Shown here: positions 1 through 10,300 of the stretch, in pieces
Position numbering within the stretch: position 1 is the first letter of the stretch
Layout: every line of letters begins with the position of its first letter
DNA from: an uncultured Candidatus Saccharibacteria bacterium
Lineage (GTDB): Bacteria > Patescibacteriota > Minisyncoccia > Phycocordibacterales > UBA2100
DNA length: 64,000 bases
Direction of reading: 5' to 3'
Assembly (NCBI GenBank): GCA_964437185.1
Contig: CAYTFU010000003.1
Span: forward strand, 26,409 to 90,408
Translations under genes and position numbers: made by a program
Notes under the pieces: generated by a model
Told to the model about the DNA's origin: nothing
Seen by the model: only the letters and a program-made list of their open reading frames with translations
Databases searched by the model: none

Positions 1-230
1 ACTCCATGTTTGCGACCATCAGGGCAGGTACCAAGGCAGATGTTGTTTATTGATTGCGCGCGGGCGCGCTGGAGAGTGGCGATAAGGAGATTGCGGTCGT
101 TGCGGAAGTTGGAGCCGTGGTAGCTGTTCATCGTGGCGTACAAGCCAAGACTTCCGACGATTCCAAAAATCGCGACCACTACCAAAACCTCGAGCATCGT
201 TACGCCGCGCGAGTGGGAGGAGGTGTTCAT
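1..230 (-). CDS. Type IV pilin / pseudopilin with prepilin N-terminal cleavage-methylation motif (partial, continues past window start)
   Basis: Minus-strand translation from ATG at 230: MNTSSHSRG|VTMLEVLVVVAIFGIVGSLGLYA... Class III signal peptide with G-1 and E+5. No stop before position 1. ORF is below the track threshold or open-ended, so not listed. Confidence 0.7.
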   Translation of the reverse strand, partial: MNTSSHSRGVTMLEVLVVVAIFGIVGSLGLYATMNSYHGSNFRNDRNLLIATLQRARAQSINNICLGTCPDGRKHG

Positions 231-234
231 ACGA

Positions 235-1482
235 TTAGTGAGCGTTGAGGCTCTGCGTGATCGAGTAGATCGGCGTGATGATCGACACTGCTATAAAACC
301 AACAATCAGACCCATGACGATCATGAGGATGGGCTCAAGCATGGTCGTAAGATTCTTCGTAAGGTCGTTGATCTCCTCTTCGTACATGTCGGAGAGAAAC
401 ATGAGTGAGCTGCTGAGATTACCAGTCGATTCTCCCACCAGTACCATTTGCGTCATGATGGAAGGAAAGAGCTTGGGCGTCCGCTGGAACTGCGTCGAGA
501 TGCGCTGCCCTTTGGTGATGTGTTGCGCCGCATTCACGAGCGCGCGGCGATAGACAAGGTTGCGCGTGCTTGCAGCCACGAGATCAATTGCGTTGACCAC
601 GCCGACGTCACTCTTCAAAAGAAGCGCGAGCGTACGCGAGCAATTGGCGAGGTTGTAGTACTTAGAAAGCCTGCCGATAATTGGTATTCGCAGAAGCACA
701 ACGTCCATAGCGTGGTGGAAAGCGGGAACGAAGCGCATAAGGACGAGAAATCCGATAAAAGAAAATATAAGAGCGCCGATGACGAAAAGACCCCAATTGC
801 CGAGGAATTCCGATATCACGATAAGCGCTCGCGTGGAAAAGGGCAGCGTGGCGTTTACGCCCTGAAATATCGGAATAATTTTTGGAAATATATATACGGT
901 GAGCATGGAGGTGATACCGACGGTCGCAAAGACGATCACCGCCGGATACACCATCGCGCCGATCACTTTGCGGCGAAGCGCGTGCTTCTTCTTGAGCTCC
1001 TCCGCAAGGTAATCGAGATTTTCGTGCAGCGTACCAGAACTCTCCCCTACCTTTACAATGTTGACGCAAAATTCGCCGAAAATGCGCTCGAATTTGCGCA
1101 GACCCACAGAGAGCGCCTGCCCGTTGGACACGTCGAATATAAGACTTTGGAAAATGTAGGACGCGGACTTGGTGCGCGTCTCGCCACGAAGCATGTAGAG
1201 TCCTTCCATGATCGGCATACCGGCGCGGAGAATCATGCCGAGTCGTTTGGCAAAAAATATTTGATCCTGCGTGCCGAATCGTATGGAAAAAGGCTTTCGC
1301 ACGTCGGGCACTTCACGCATCAAACTCTCCTCCGACACGTGGACGCGTTTCGAAGCCTTCCTCTCTTTCGGGGCGCGCCCAATTTTTATTTTCTTGAAGG
1401 GGGCGATTGTAGAAGCAAAAAGCTTTTCCATCGAGACGGAAAATTTGTCACCGATGTCTGCGAGTTTCTTTCGTTTACTCAT
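235..1482 (-). CDS. pilC: Type IV pilus assembly / type II secretion platform protein (PilC/GspF family)
   Basis: 435-aa ORF with polytopic membrane GspF-like repeats. Start chosen at MSKRKK, giving an 8-nt overlap with upstream pilB. Lies between the ATPase and pilin genes. Confidence 0.8.
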   Translation of the reverse strand: MSKRKKLADIGDKFSVSMEKLFASTIAPFKKIKIGRAPKERKASKRVHVSEESLMREVPDVRKPFSIRFGTQDQIFFAKRLGMILRAGMPIMEGLYMLRGETRTKSASYIFQSLIFDVSNGQALSVGLRKFERIFGEFCVNIVKVGESSGTLHENLDYLAEELKKKHALRRKVIGAMVYPAVIVFATVGITSMLTVYIFPKIIPIFQGVNATLPFSTRALIVISEFLGNWGLFVIGALIFSFIGFLVLMRFVPAFHHAMDVVLLRIPIIGRLSKYYNLANCSRTLALLLKSDVGVVNAIDLVAASTRNLVYRRALVNAAQHITKGQRISTQFQRTPKLFPSIMTQMVLVGESTGNLSSSLMFLSDMYEEEINDLTKNLTTMLEPILMIVMGLIVGFIAVSIITPIYSITQSLNAH

Positions 1483-2737
1483 AGCGCATGCGAAGCACTT
1501 CCTCAATGGTCGTGATACCAGCCGCAGCTTTGTAGAAGCCATCCACCACGATCGGCTTCATCCCCTGCGCGAGCGCGATGTCGCGCAACTCGCTCGCGGA
1601 GGCCTTACGGAGGATCGCCTCGCGAATTGGCGCATCGATAAGCATCACTTCGTGGAGACCCGCGCGGCCCATGTAGCCTGATTCATTGCACGCATCGCAC
1701 CCTTCGCCTGCGTAAAAGGTGGAGTGCTGCTCAAGAAATGCCTCAGGCATGATTTCGGAAAGGCTCTTGCTCTCCGCGTCGTTGAGGGTCTTTTGCACTT
1801 TGCAGTGTTGGCAGATTTTGCGCACGAGCCGCTGGCCGATGGCAATATTGACGGTCGAGGCGATGAGATACGGCTCTACTTTCATATCAAGCAAGCGCGG
1901 GAGCGTGGTCGGCGCGTCGTTGGTATGGAGCGTTGAAAGAATGAGGTGGCCAGTGAGCGCGGTGTTCACGGCAAGCCCGGCTGTCTCCATATCGCGGATC
2001 TCACCCACCATGATGATGTTGGGGTCTTGGCGAAGAAAGCTGCGAAGGCCGTTGGCGAAGGTGAGGCCCGTGCGCGCGTTGACTTGAATCTGATTGATAC
2101 CCGAGACGGAGTATTCGATGGGATCTTCAATCGTCATTACCGACACGTCGGGCTGATTGAGCATTTTGACGAGGGTATAGAGCGTTGTCGTTTTTCCCGA
2201 GCCTGTGGGGCCGGTGGCGAGAATCATGCCGTGCGGCATGCGAATTGCGCGCTCAATCTTTTTTCGATTTTCTGCGGTAAAGCCGAGCGTGTCGAGTGTA
2301 AACTCCTCCGCTTGATCAGAGAGCAATCGAAGCACCGCATTTTCGCCATAGTACGTCGGCACAATGGAAGTACGCACGTCGACACTCGCGCCGTCTTCGA
2401 GCGTGACTTTGAATCGGCCGTCTTGCGCCGCGTGATGTTCATCAGTGCGCAAGCCGCACAAAATTTTGAGACGGGATATTACCTCTTGATGAATGCGCGG
2501 CGCAAAATGTTGAACCTCCTGCAACACGCCGTCGATGCGAAGTCGCACCGCAAGACCGTCTGCTCGCGGGTCGAGGTGTACGTCTGACGCGCGAGCCGAA
2601 TAGGCGCACTGCACGAGCGCTTCCACGAGTCGAATGATCGAAAGTCCAGCACCTTTTTGCAGCTCCGCTGCGAGGAAGCGAGCATGATCGCGGCTCTGGG
2701 GTGCTCTGTGTTGTGTGGCCTGGTGCTGGGTGCTCAT
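1475..2737 (-). CDS. pilB: Type IV pilus/T2SS assembly ATPase (GspE/PilB family), short form lacking the N-terminal domain
   Basis: Walker A GPTGSGKTT, Asp/His boxes, tetracysteine CQHC...CDAC zinc motif typical of PilB/GspE, 420 aa. Confidence 0.85.
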   Translation of the reverse strand: MSTQHQATQHRAPQSRDHARFLAAELQKGAGLSIIRLVEALVQCAYSARASDVHLDPRADGLAVRLRIDGVLQEVQHFAPRIHQEVISRLKILCGLRTDEHHAAQDGRFKVTLEDGASVDVRTSIVPTYYGENAVLRLLSDQAEEFTLDTLGFTAENRKKIERAIRMPHGMILATGPTGSGKTTTLYTLVKMLNQPDVSVMTIEDPIEYSVSGINQIQVNARTGLTFANGLRSFLRQDPNIIMVGEIRDMETAGLAVNTALTGHLILSTLHTNDAPTTLPRLLDMKVEPYLIASTVNIAIGQRLVRKICQHCKVQKTLNDAESKSLSEIMPEAFLEQHSTFYAGEGCDACNESGYMGRAGLHEVMLIDAPIREAILRKASASELRDIALAQGMKPIVVDGFYKAAAGITTIEEVLRMRYE

Positions 2738-2894
2738 AAAAATGGCTTACATGCTGGGGGATGTCGCGACGCTTAATATCGCAAAATCATACAACGAGAT
2801 TGGCCACAAAACAAGGGCCGTGTGCACAACAGCCCCCGCACGCGGTATTCCGCGGCGGGGGCTGCAAGTTTCCTACAACGCTACTAGACCCGGG

Positions 2895-4136
2895 CTAGTT
2901 GATCGTCACAAAGCTCGCGCTCGAAGACGCTGCGTTGTTCGAGCCGTCCTTCGACTCGACGACGTAGTAGTACGTAGTCGAAGCCGTGAGGCCTGTGAGG
3001 TTGAAGCTGTGCGCGAGCGTGTACGCAGCGTTCACCATGGAAGGCGCAGTGTTCATGTCGACCGGGGAAACGGTCGAGTAGTACACCTTGCCGTTCGCGG
3101 CCTCGTTGGTCGTCCAGAGAATCGTAGCTGTCGTGCTTCCGATTGGTGAAGCAGAAACCGCAGAGATCACTGGCGCCGTGGAATCAGGCGTGAGTGTGGT
3201 GAAGGTCATGTCGCTTGAAGTTGCAACATTGCCCCTGATGTCGGTCGACATCACGCGGTAGTGATACACCATCGATGGCAAAAGTCCCGTAAGATTGGTG
3301 CTGTGTGCACCTGCGAGGGCAAACATCGGTGCGGTCGTAGAACCGTACGAAGCGGTCGTGCCGTACTCGATCTTGTCCGTCGCACTTTCGTTGGTCGTCC
3401 AATTGATCGTCGCACCAGTCGTCGTGAGGTTGGTCGATCCAACTGCTGAGATCACAGGAGCGGTCTTATCCTTCCCGCGCTCTTCTCGATCGGTATCATC
3501 ATCGTCCATTTTGTCCTCAATCCCCTTCGGCAAGTTTTGCCTCTGACACTCCGGGATTTCAGGCCGTTCACCACCATGCTTTCTGAGCCACCCAGGAGCA
3601 ATCAGGTGCCCAGGCGGGACGATAGCGCAGAGTCTTCCGTGGGCGCGAGCAGACGTGGATGTCGCACTTGTCGACGTGCCGTTCTGCCATGCGAGTGGAT
3701 GCTCGCGAAGAAATTCGTTGAGCTTCTTCAGGGTCTTTGGACCTACAAAGCCCGCCTGCTCGATGCCGTGCTTCTTCTGAAATCGCTTCACGGCTTCTGC
3801 AGTAAGGCGACCGTAGTAACCCGAGATGGTGCCTTCTGGATAGATCGAAGGATCTGCCGCAAGAAGCGCCTGAAGGGCAGTTACATCCTCACCGGTTGAG
3901 CCCTGACGAAGCGCGCGAGCGAGATCGACGATTGCCGTCTTTTGATCCTGCATGAGGGTCTTCTGTTGCTGCGCGAGCGATTGCTGCTGCTCTTGAAGCG
4001 CTTTCATTTGCGCCTGGAGACTTTTAATCTGTTCAAGCAAGGCCTGAACATTGGTTGGGGTTTGTGCAAATGCGGCGACCGGCATAAGGACGCCGAGCAT
4101 TACCGTACCCGCGAGAATCTTTTTAATTCTTGTCAT
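2895..4136 (-). CDS. Secreted protein with peptidoglycan-binding domain (PG_binding_1-like) and two Fn3-like repeats
   Basis: N-terminal signal peptide; central motif GEDVTALQALLAADPSIYPEGTISGYYGRLTAEAVKRFQKKHGI; C-terminal duplicated module TAPVISAV...TTATI.WTTNE...YGTT. Confidence 0.6.
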   Translation of the reverse strand: MTRIKKILAGTVMLGVLMPVAAFAQTPTNVQALLEQIKSLQAQMKALQEQQQSLAQQQKTLMQDQKTAIVDLARALRQGSTGEDVTALQALLAADPSIYPEGTISGYYGRLTAEAVKRFQKKHGIEQAGFVGPKTLKKLNEFLREHPLAWQNGTSTSATSTSARAHGRLCAIVPPGHLIAPGWLRKHGGERPEIPECQRQNLPKGIEDKMDDDDTDREERGKDKTAPVISAVGSTNLTTTGATINWTTNESATDKIEYGTTASYGSTTAPMFALAGAHSTNLTGLLPSMVYHYRVMSTDIRGNVATSSDMTFTTLTPDSTAPVISAVSASPIGSTTATILWTTNEAANGKVYYSTVSPVDMNTAPSMVNAAYTLAHSFNLTGLTASTTYYYVVESKDGSNNAASSSASFVTIN

Positions 4137-4319
4137 ATAATTGTTCTAACTTTTAATAGACTACTAATGCGCACACGTATTGAAGACGAATCTACCGTAC
4201 TTCCCTTACTGGACACCGCCCTAAAATCGGTGCCAAATACGTATGCTCATAGTTTACCATGCATTTTTTATACCCACGAAACGCCCAATGCCCCTCGACG
4301 GCTTTTCGCACGGGTTTCG

Positions 4320-4415
4320 CAAGGGTAACCCTTGTGAAAAGGGTTACCCTTGTTTTTGAACCGCGCACGGGGGATGTCGGCAGTAGGGGGAATGGGTAAT
4401 CAAGGGTTACCCTTG
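4320..4415. repeat. REP family 1 cluster: three copies of the 15-nt palindrome CAAGGGTWACCCTTG at the 3' flank of RAYT-1
   Basis: Units at 4320-4334, 4338-4352 and 4401-4415. The last overlaps the RAYT stop codon. Confidence 0.85.
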
Positions 4416-5120
4416 ATTGTTGCGGATGGTGAGCCACTCGTTGAGCTCCCGACCCATGTCGCGCACTGACGTAAATTTCCATGGAAACGGTTCGGGCTTA
4501 ATGATTTTTGACTGAACCCTCCGAAGCGGATGCATGTAATCTTGCAGGCTAGAATACTGATATTCCTCCAAAAACGCCGCACCCTTACGTACATCCACAA
4601 TGCCGTTCTTTTTCCACGTCCCTCCATCGGGCGCTAACTTGATCGGGTTGAGGTGAATGTAGGAAAACAGGTATTGCAGATAACGATCTTCATGTACGTG
4701 CTCCGCCTTAAACGGGCCTTGCATGAGTGACCCCACGCGCTCGTACTTCTTATTGAAATACATCGAATATGCTGTTGTAACCTTCAGCATAAATTTGGAT
4801 ATTCCGACCTCACTGTGCGATTGACGCGCAAGAATGTGAAAGTGGTTTGGCATAAGGCACCACGCCCCAATGTCGATCAATCGATTGTCGATATCGAGTG
4901 ACGCGAGTCGCTCGTATGTAAACCCGCGAATGAGGTATGCGCCTATATTTACGGGGGTCTTGGAGTTGCAAAGATACATGAGCAACACCATTCGCTGATA
5001 ATCCGCCTCGTCTGCGAAGATAGTTCGCTTTTCGACTCCGCGATTGTAAAGGTGGTAGATTTCTCCTTCCGCTAGTGCCAATCCTCGCTCCATATGAGCA
5101 TCATACCACCCCACCAGCAA
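4407..5120 (-). CDS. REP-associated tyrosine transposase (RAYT; IS200/IS605 TnpA Y1 HUH family)
   Basis: YHLYNRG N-motif, HUH motif WCLMPNHFHIL, catalytic Tyr region YIHLNPIK. Immediately flanked on both sides by REP palindromes. Confidence 0.8.
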   Translation of the reverse strand: MLVGWYDAHMERGLALAEGEIYHLYNRGVEKRTIFADEADYQRMVLLMYLCNSKTPVNIGAYLIRGFTYERLASLDIDNRLIDIGAWCLMPNHFHILARQSHSEVGISKFMLKVTTAYSMYFNKKYERVGSLMQGPFKAEHVHEDRYLQYLFSYIHLNPIKLAPDGGTWKKNGIVDVRKGAAFLEEYQYSSLQDYMHPLRRVQSKIIKPEPFPWKFTSVRDMGRELNEWLTIRNNQG

Positions 5121-5224
5121 GGGTAACCCTTTTCACAAGGGTTTCACAAGGGTTACCCTTGATAATTCGTGGCTATTAGACACCCTCTTTCGGGGCTAAT
5201 GGGCTTCAACAAGGGTTACCCTTG
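5118..5224. repeat. REP family 1 cluster at the 5' flank of RAYT-1, including a composite ~45-nt unit
   Basis: CAAGGGTAACCCTT at 5118-5131, a partial unit at 5136-5143, a full unit at 5147-5161, and the composite CGGGGCTAATGGGCTTCAACAAGGGTTACCCTTG at 5191-5224. Confidence 0.85.
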
Positions 5225-5242
5225 ATTTTGTGCGAATAACCC

Positions 5243-5527
5243 TTACCTCCCGCTCCTCCGCTCGAAAACAAGCGGCCTATTTATAAACATCGCGCCGATG
5301 GCCCACAGCCTCAACGGTGACCGCATTTTGCTCGCAGAATACACAACTCGGTAGTCGCCGACCCGTAACTTATACAAACCTTTAAGCTCGCGATGGAGGC
5401 GTTCTGGTACGACGTCGTCGTAGTTCTCTTCAAACCAAGCAACTTTCTCTATAATTCTTCGCGCAATAATCTGATCAAGTGCTTCGAGGTCTCGCAAGGC
5501 ATCTGCAGTCCACCTAACGGACGCCAT
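5243..5527 (-). CDS. Type II toxin, RelE/ParE family
   Basis: 94 aa; RelE/ParE-like pattern ...LKGLYKLRVGDYRVVY...; overlaps the upstream small ORF by 14 nt. Confidence 0.7.
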   Translation of the reverse strand: MASVRWTADALRDLEALDQIIARRIIEKVAWFEENYDDVVPERLHRELKGLYKLRVGDYRVVYSASKMRSPLRLWAIGAMFINRPLVFERRSGR

Positions 5528-5702
5528 TCTTCTTCATTACTGCAGCGTGCGGCGTGATTTTTTGTTTCTTCTGCATTCGCTTCCTTAGCTCAGTTGCAAA
5601 CGGTCTCTGCAATTTGAGGCCGGAATCTGGGTCACCAAAAAACTCGAGTATTTTCTGCTCGACAAGATTCCCGAACTTTTTATTGAGCTCTGCTGTGGTC
5701 AT
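5514..5702 (-). CDS. Putative antitoxin of the RelE/ParE module (small, basic C-terminus)
   Basis: 62-aa ORF immediately upstream of and overlapping the toxin gene. Assignment is by position; no clear family signature was read. Confidence 0.45.
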   Translation of the reverse strand: MTTAELNKKFGNLVEQKILEFFGDPDSGLKLQRPFATELRKRMQKKQKITPHAAVMKKNGVR

Positions 5703-5747
5703 GTGTTGAATATATCACGCGAACCACCGACTGCAACGACCTCCGCC

Positions 5748-5888
5748 AAAAGGGTTACCCTTGATAATTTTTAACTATCTGACACCCGCATTCGGGGCTA
5801 ATGGGCTTCAACAAGGGTTACCTTTGTTTTTTGAGGAGGGCTGGGAGCCGGTTCTCGGGGCTAAAGGTCTTCATCAAGGGTTACCCTT
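5748..5888. repeat. REP family 1 cluster (three units, two inside the composite ~45-nt element)
   Basis: AAAGGGTTACCCTTG at 5748-5763, composite CGGGGCTAATGGGCTTCAACAAGGGTTACCTTTG ending at 5828, and GGGGCTAAAGGTCTTCATCAAGGGTTACCCTTG ending at 5888. Confidence 0.85.
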
Positions 5889-5896
5889 GATTGCCT

Positions 5897-7309
5897 TTAC
5901 TGCACAAGCACTTGGAAGTTTCCTCCAGTAATGGCTACGGGACCTGATATTCCAGCAGGAGGTGTAGGTGAGGTGAAAACTACGCTGATAGTATCCCCGC
6001 TCCCCGGCTCACCGCCATCGACAATGGTGAACGTCGCGGCAACAGGCGTCTTGGCTTGGCCTTGCGTCGTGCCCTCGGCAGTGAAGATGATGGTGCTTCC
6101 GCCCCCATCAATCGAGGTAATATTGTCGAAGTGATAGCCGACGCCGCTTATGTGGTCGACAAGCTCAAACTCGCCCTGAGGATCACCTTGCTCATCGCGC
6201 CAGACACTACCGCCGAAAGTCCAGAAGGTCGTGAAGGTCTTGCTGCTCTTCACTTTGTAGTTGCCACCACCCGTCACATATTGGATGTCGGGCATGCAGG
6301 AGTAGGTGTCAACACTCAGACTACCTGTGTTATTAGGGTAGTACACATCATTAATCAAGAACGATGCCTGATTGCCGTCTCCAACAACGAGCGCCTTGTA
6401 CTCGTGCGGGGGAGTAAAGACACCCCACGGCGTCGTACCGTTGAAGGTTAGGTCGAGCAATGTCGTGCCGAGATATTCGTACGTCGACACAGCGTCTGTC
6501 CAGCCGACCGACGTTGGTGTTCGGTAGGAGTATCGAGCATCGAAGTTGATTCCGTCTCCCGCATTCGCCATACCGTACGCGCGCAAGATATAGTTGGTTC
6601 CCGTGTCGAACGTCATGCTTGAGAGCGTGGGTGATGGATTATTGGCAGCTACGGTAACGGTTTCGAGCACGGTAGATTGTGTTGTATATGCAGGACATGC
6701 CACAGGAGGAGCAATTTCCGTTACGACTACATTATCGAGCGCGGGGCCGTAGTACCCTTCAACAGTACTTGCAAACGTCAGTGTAGTGCTCAGTCCCGTT
6801 GCCACAAATGTATAGGTCTTCGTCTCCCACTGCATATCGGCAAGTGTTGTGCCGTGAGCTACGGTGTCGTAGGAGTAGCCTGTTGATGCTCCGCCAGTCG
6901 CGCTCACGGTTAGTGTTTTGAGGGACGGGCCACCAGCGGGGTTACCCGAAAGATCGAAGGAGACTTCATAACTTGCTCCGGGAACCGTTGCAAAGGTCTG
7001 ACTAATGGCACCCGGCGTGTAGCCCGTAAGGTCAAGACTCCGACCCCCCCCTGGCGATGACTGCCAATAACTGCCGATATAATCAATTGTTCCTGATTCC
7101 ACTGTCCAACCAGCAATATTAGTAGAATCAATTGCTGCCAACGTTATAAAAACGCCAGGGGATGTGCCTGTCTCGAAACCTCCGTTGGTCACTGCTGCTG
7201 CAGCAAGAGCAGGTGCCATAAGGGCCAAGGGCGTGCAGAGCGATGCGGCGAGAGCAATCTTTGTAAAGAATTTTTTCATATTATTTTTCTGATTAATTTT
7301 AGTAAGCAA
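5897..7309 (-). CDS. Secreted protein with an N-terminal DUF642/galactose-binding-like domain
   Basis: Signal peptide; VTNGGFETG...IAGWTV.SGTIDYIGSYWQ...G.RSLDL.G...G.ISQTF.T.PGASYEVSFDLSGNP pattern; Thr/Gly-rich remainder. Confidence 0.45.
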   Translation of the reverse strand: MLTKINQKNNMKKFFTKIALAASLCTPLALMAPALAAAAVTNGGFETGTSPGVFITLAAIDSTNIAGWTVESGTIDYIGSYWQSSPGGGRSLDLTGYTPGAISQTFATVPGASYEVSFDLSGNPAGGPSLKTLTVSATGGASTGYSYDTVAHGTTLADMQWETKTYTFVATGLSTTLTFASTVEGYYGPALDNVVVTEIAPPVACPAYTTQSTVLETVTVAANNPSPTLSSMTFDTGTNYILRAYGMANAGDGINFDARYSYRTPTSVGWTDAVSTYEYLGTTLLDLTFNGTTPWGVFTPPHEYKALVVGDGNQASFLINDVYYPNNTGSLSVDTYSCMPDIQYVTGGGNYKVKSSKTFTTFWTFGGSVWRDEQGDPQGEFELVDHISGVGYHFDNITSIDGGGSTIIFTAEGTTQGQAKTPVAATFTIVDGGEPGSGDTISVVFTSPTPPAGISGPVAITGGNFQVLVQ

Positions 7310-7340
7310 CCCTAATAATTACTGCCGAGTAATTGCAATT

Positions 7341-10300
7341 TTAGTTGTCCTGATGCGCCTGTTGGTTGCCCATGTTGATGAAGAGTGGCCCGACTGTGTT
7401 GAGGACAACTTTGTCATCCTTATCCCGAATAATCATGTAAGCCTGATCTTCGCCTCCCGGCTCACCAGCGTCATTGAACATGAATTGAATGGTGGCATCC
7501 TCTACTCCATTGAAGCGTCCAGTGCCCACTCCCGTGATCGTGTCGAATTCGGCATTCGGCATTCTTGGGTCAATCTCAGGATCATCTGTACACTGTGCGC
7601 TATTAAGCGTCAGCAAGTGGAATTTCTGCGCTTTCTTGCCGTTTATGCCCCAGTTGACCTCGAGGCGATTCGGTCCGCGACTTACGTCACAGTGAAGGGT
7701 AAAGCCATGTGTCACACGCGTCTCTTTTGCAGATCGGCCTGTAACTCCGCTCAACACGACACCAGTCTCAAGTGTGTTAGGAAACACACTCCCGCCACCG
7801 GTGAAGTGACCCGGTGTGTCGTTGTTGGTGAGCGTACAGGTCATGTTTTCGCCAAGCGCGACAGTCGTATCGCCGTTTACATCACAATCTCCACTAAACC
7901 CTTCGAAGATATAGCCGGGGAGCTGTGTCTCTCCTGCGGTGTATGTACCTGGATTTACAGGAACCGCTACTCCAGAAGAAACTGGAGACCCTTCAAGCGT
8001 GAGATTGAAGTCATTAGGGTTCGCAATTCCACCGTTGCCATTATCAACCACCTTTACCACGGTAATGTACGCCTGCTGGTCGTCATTGGTGATGGTGCAA
8101 GTGACGGTCTCGCCGAGGCCAATCGATACCGTGCCGTCATTGTCGCCATTGGTGCACGACCACGAAGAAGCAGCGTAGCCAGTAGGACCGGCCGATTCAG
8201 AGAGAACATAAGAGCCGGCATCGAAAGACGCACCACTCGAAACATCAGGAGAGCCTGCCGCGCCCGGGCCAGTGATTGAGGTCGGCCCAGTTGCCGTGAG
8301 GGTCCACGCTGATTCGAGAGCCGTGCCGCCGCTGTTGTTCACAACTACTTTGTTGAGGTGAAGTACGGGCGCGATGTCATCGTTGGTAATCGTACAAGTG
8401 ACATTGTCTCCCGCCCCGAGCGTGACGGTATCGCCATCGTCCTGCGTCACACCAACGCATACCCAGTCAGAAGCAGCGTAGCCGAGAGGGCCGCCACTTT
8501 CGGAGAGGTCGTACGAACCAATCGGAACAATCGCGCTCGTGATGGAGAGATCCCCTTCTTCGCCCGATATTGTGGTCTGGTCGTTGTCTGTCGCTTCAAT
8601 CGTCCAGTCGGTATCAACCGCCGTACCACCATTGTCTATCACCACTTCCTTTTCAAGCGTAAGTGTCGGAAGTTTGGTGTTCGTGAAGGTGCAGGTGACT
8701 GTTTCTCCAGCGGCAAGGTTGATCGAGGAAGGATCGGATGCGTCATCGCACGTCGCAGATGTGAGATCCCAGCCAGCTGGTACCGTCTCAGATACTGAGT
8801 AGGTGCCAGCGTCAATATCACCAGAGTCATTCGATCCGCCATTTGCGAGTACGAATCCATCCTGGTCATAGGAAGCGGCGAAGTCGAAGTTGCCGTCGCC
8901 ACCAACAGTCACTTTGTTAACAATTATTTTGCTGTCCTTCGTGTTGGTGAAGGTGCACGTGACATTCTCACCCGCCGCGACGTTGAAGGTTGCGACGCCT
9001 GTGCCGATATTGCCAGAACTATTGCTGTCGTCGCACGTAATGTCAGTGAGGTCCCAGCCTGAAGTCACAGTCTCGGTTGAGTCATAGGTACCCGGGATGA
9101 CCTCCTGCGTCGCAGTATCATTGTCGTTCAAGATGCCAGAGACATCACCGGTGAAGGTGAAGTCAGCATCGCCGCCAATGGTCTGCTTCTCGATGGTAAT
9201 CGAGCCGTGCTTCGTATTTGTGAAGACACAGGTGACTGTCTCACCCGCCGTGAGGTCGATAGTGGCTGCACTTTCGATGCCCTCGATTGAACTTGTGCAG
9301 ACCGTCGACGTGAGGTCCCATCCCGCAAGCTCAGTCTCCGCGACAGAGTACGTCCCCGGATTGAGGTCGCCCGAGTCGTCTTGCTGGCCATCGGAAATAT
9401 CCGCGTCTCCGCTGCCATACGAGAGATCGAAGTCGAAGACCGCAAGATCGCCATCGGGTATTGTCTGCTTCTCGACGATAATATTGGCATCCTTTTGATT
9501 CGTAAATGTACAGGTGATGGTTTCCCCCGCGTCGAGGTCAAGATCTTGTCCATCAGTATCTACAGGGTCACCGAGCGAGCTCGCGCAGCTAATCGATGTG
9601 TTGTCCCAACCAGCTTCCGCTGCTTCCGTGACATCGTAGACACCAGGAGCGAGGTCGCCAGAGTTGTTTGCGGTGGAACCGTCAGCGAGAACAAACGGCA
9701 AGCCGTAGTCAGTGGTGAAGCCGAACTCGGTGAGGTCGCCTGCAGGATCAGTCACCTTGTCGACGATGATAAACGCATCGGCTTCGTTGGTGAACGTACA
9801 CGTGATCTCCTCACCAGCGTTCGGAGTAATCTGGTTTACAGGATCTCCATTGCTGCATGTCGCACTCAAGAGATCCCATCCTGCTGGCACTGGAGTTTCT
9901 GCCATCGTGTAGGTGTTGTCTGGGTCGAGATCACTAAATACTTGTGAAGCTGTATTTGCGACCGTCGTCAATTGCGCACTCGAAGGAAGGCCAGCGCCCG
10001 TCATTACGAAGTCAAACGTGCCATTCCCACCGATTGTATTTTTTACAAGCGTGATCTTTGCAAGCTTCTCGTTTGTGAATGTGCACGTAACAGTTTCACC
10101 TGGCTCAACATCTATACTATTAATTGCCTCACCCTTGTCACATGTCGCGCTCTCCTGTTGCCAACCCGCAATAGCTGCTTCTGAGACCGTGTACGATCCG
10201 GGAACGACTTCGAAATCTCTTTGTTTCGGCAAGGCATTCCCTATATCCCCGTCGTCATCGAGAAGAAATGCACCAATGCTACCGCTCCCCGTAAAGGAGA

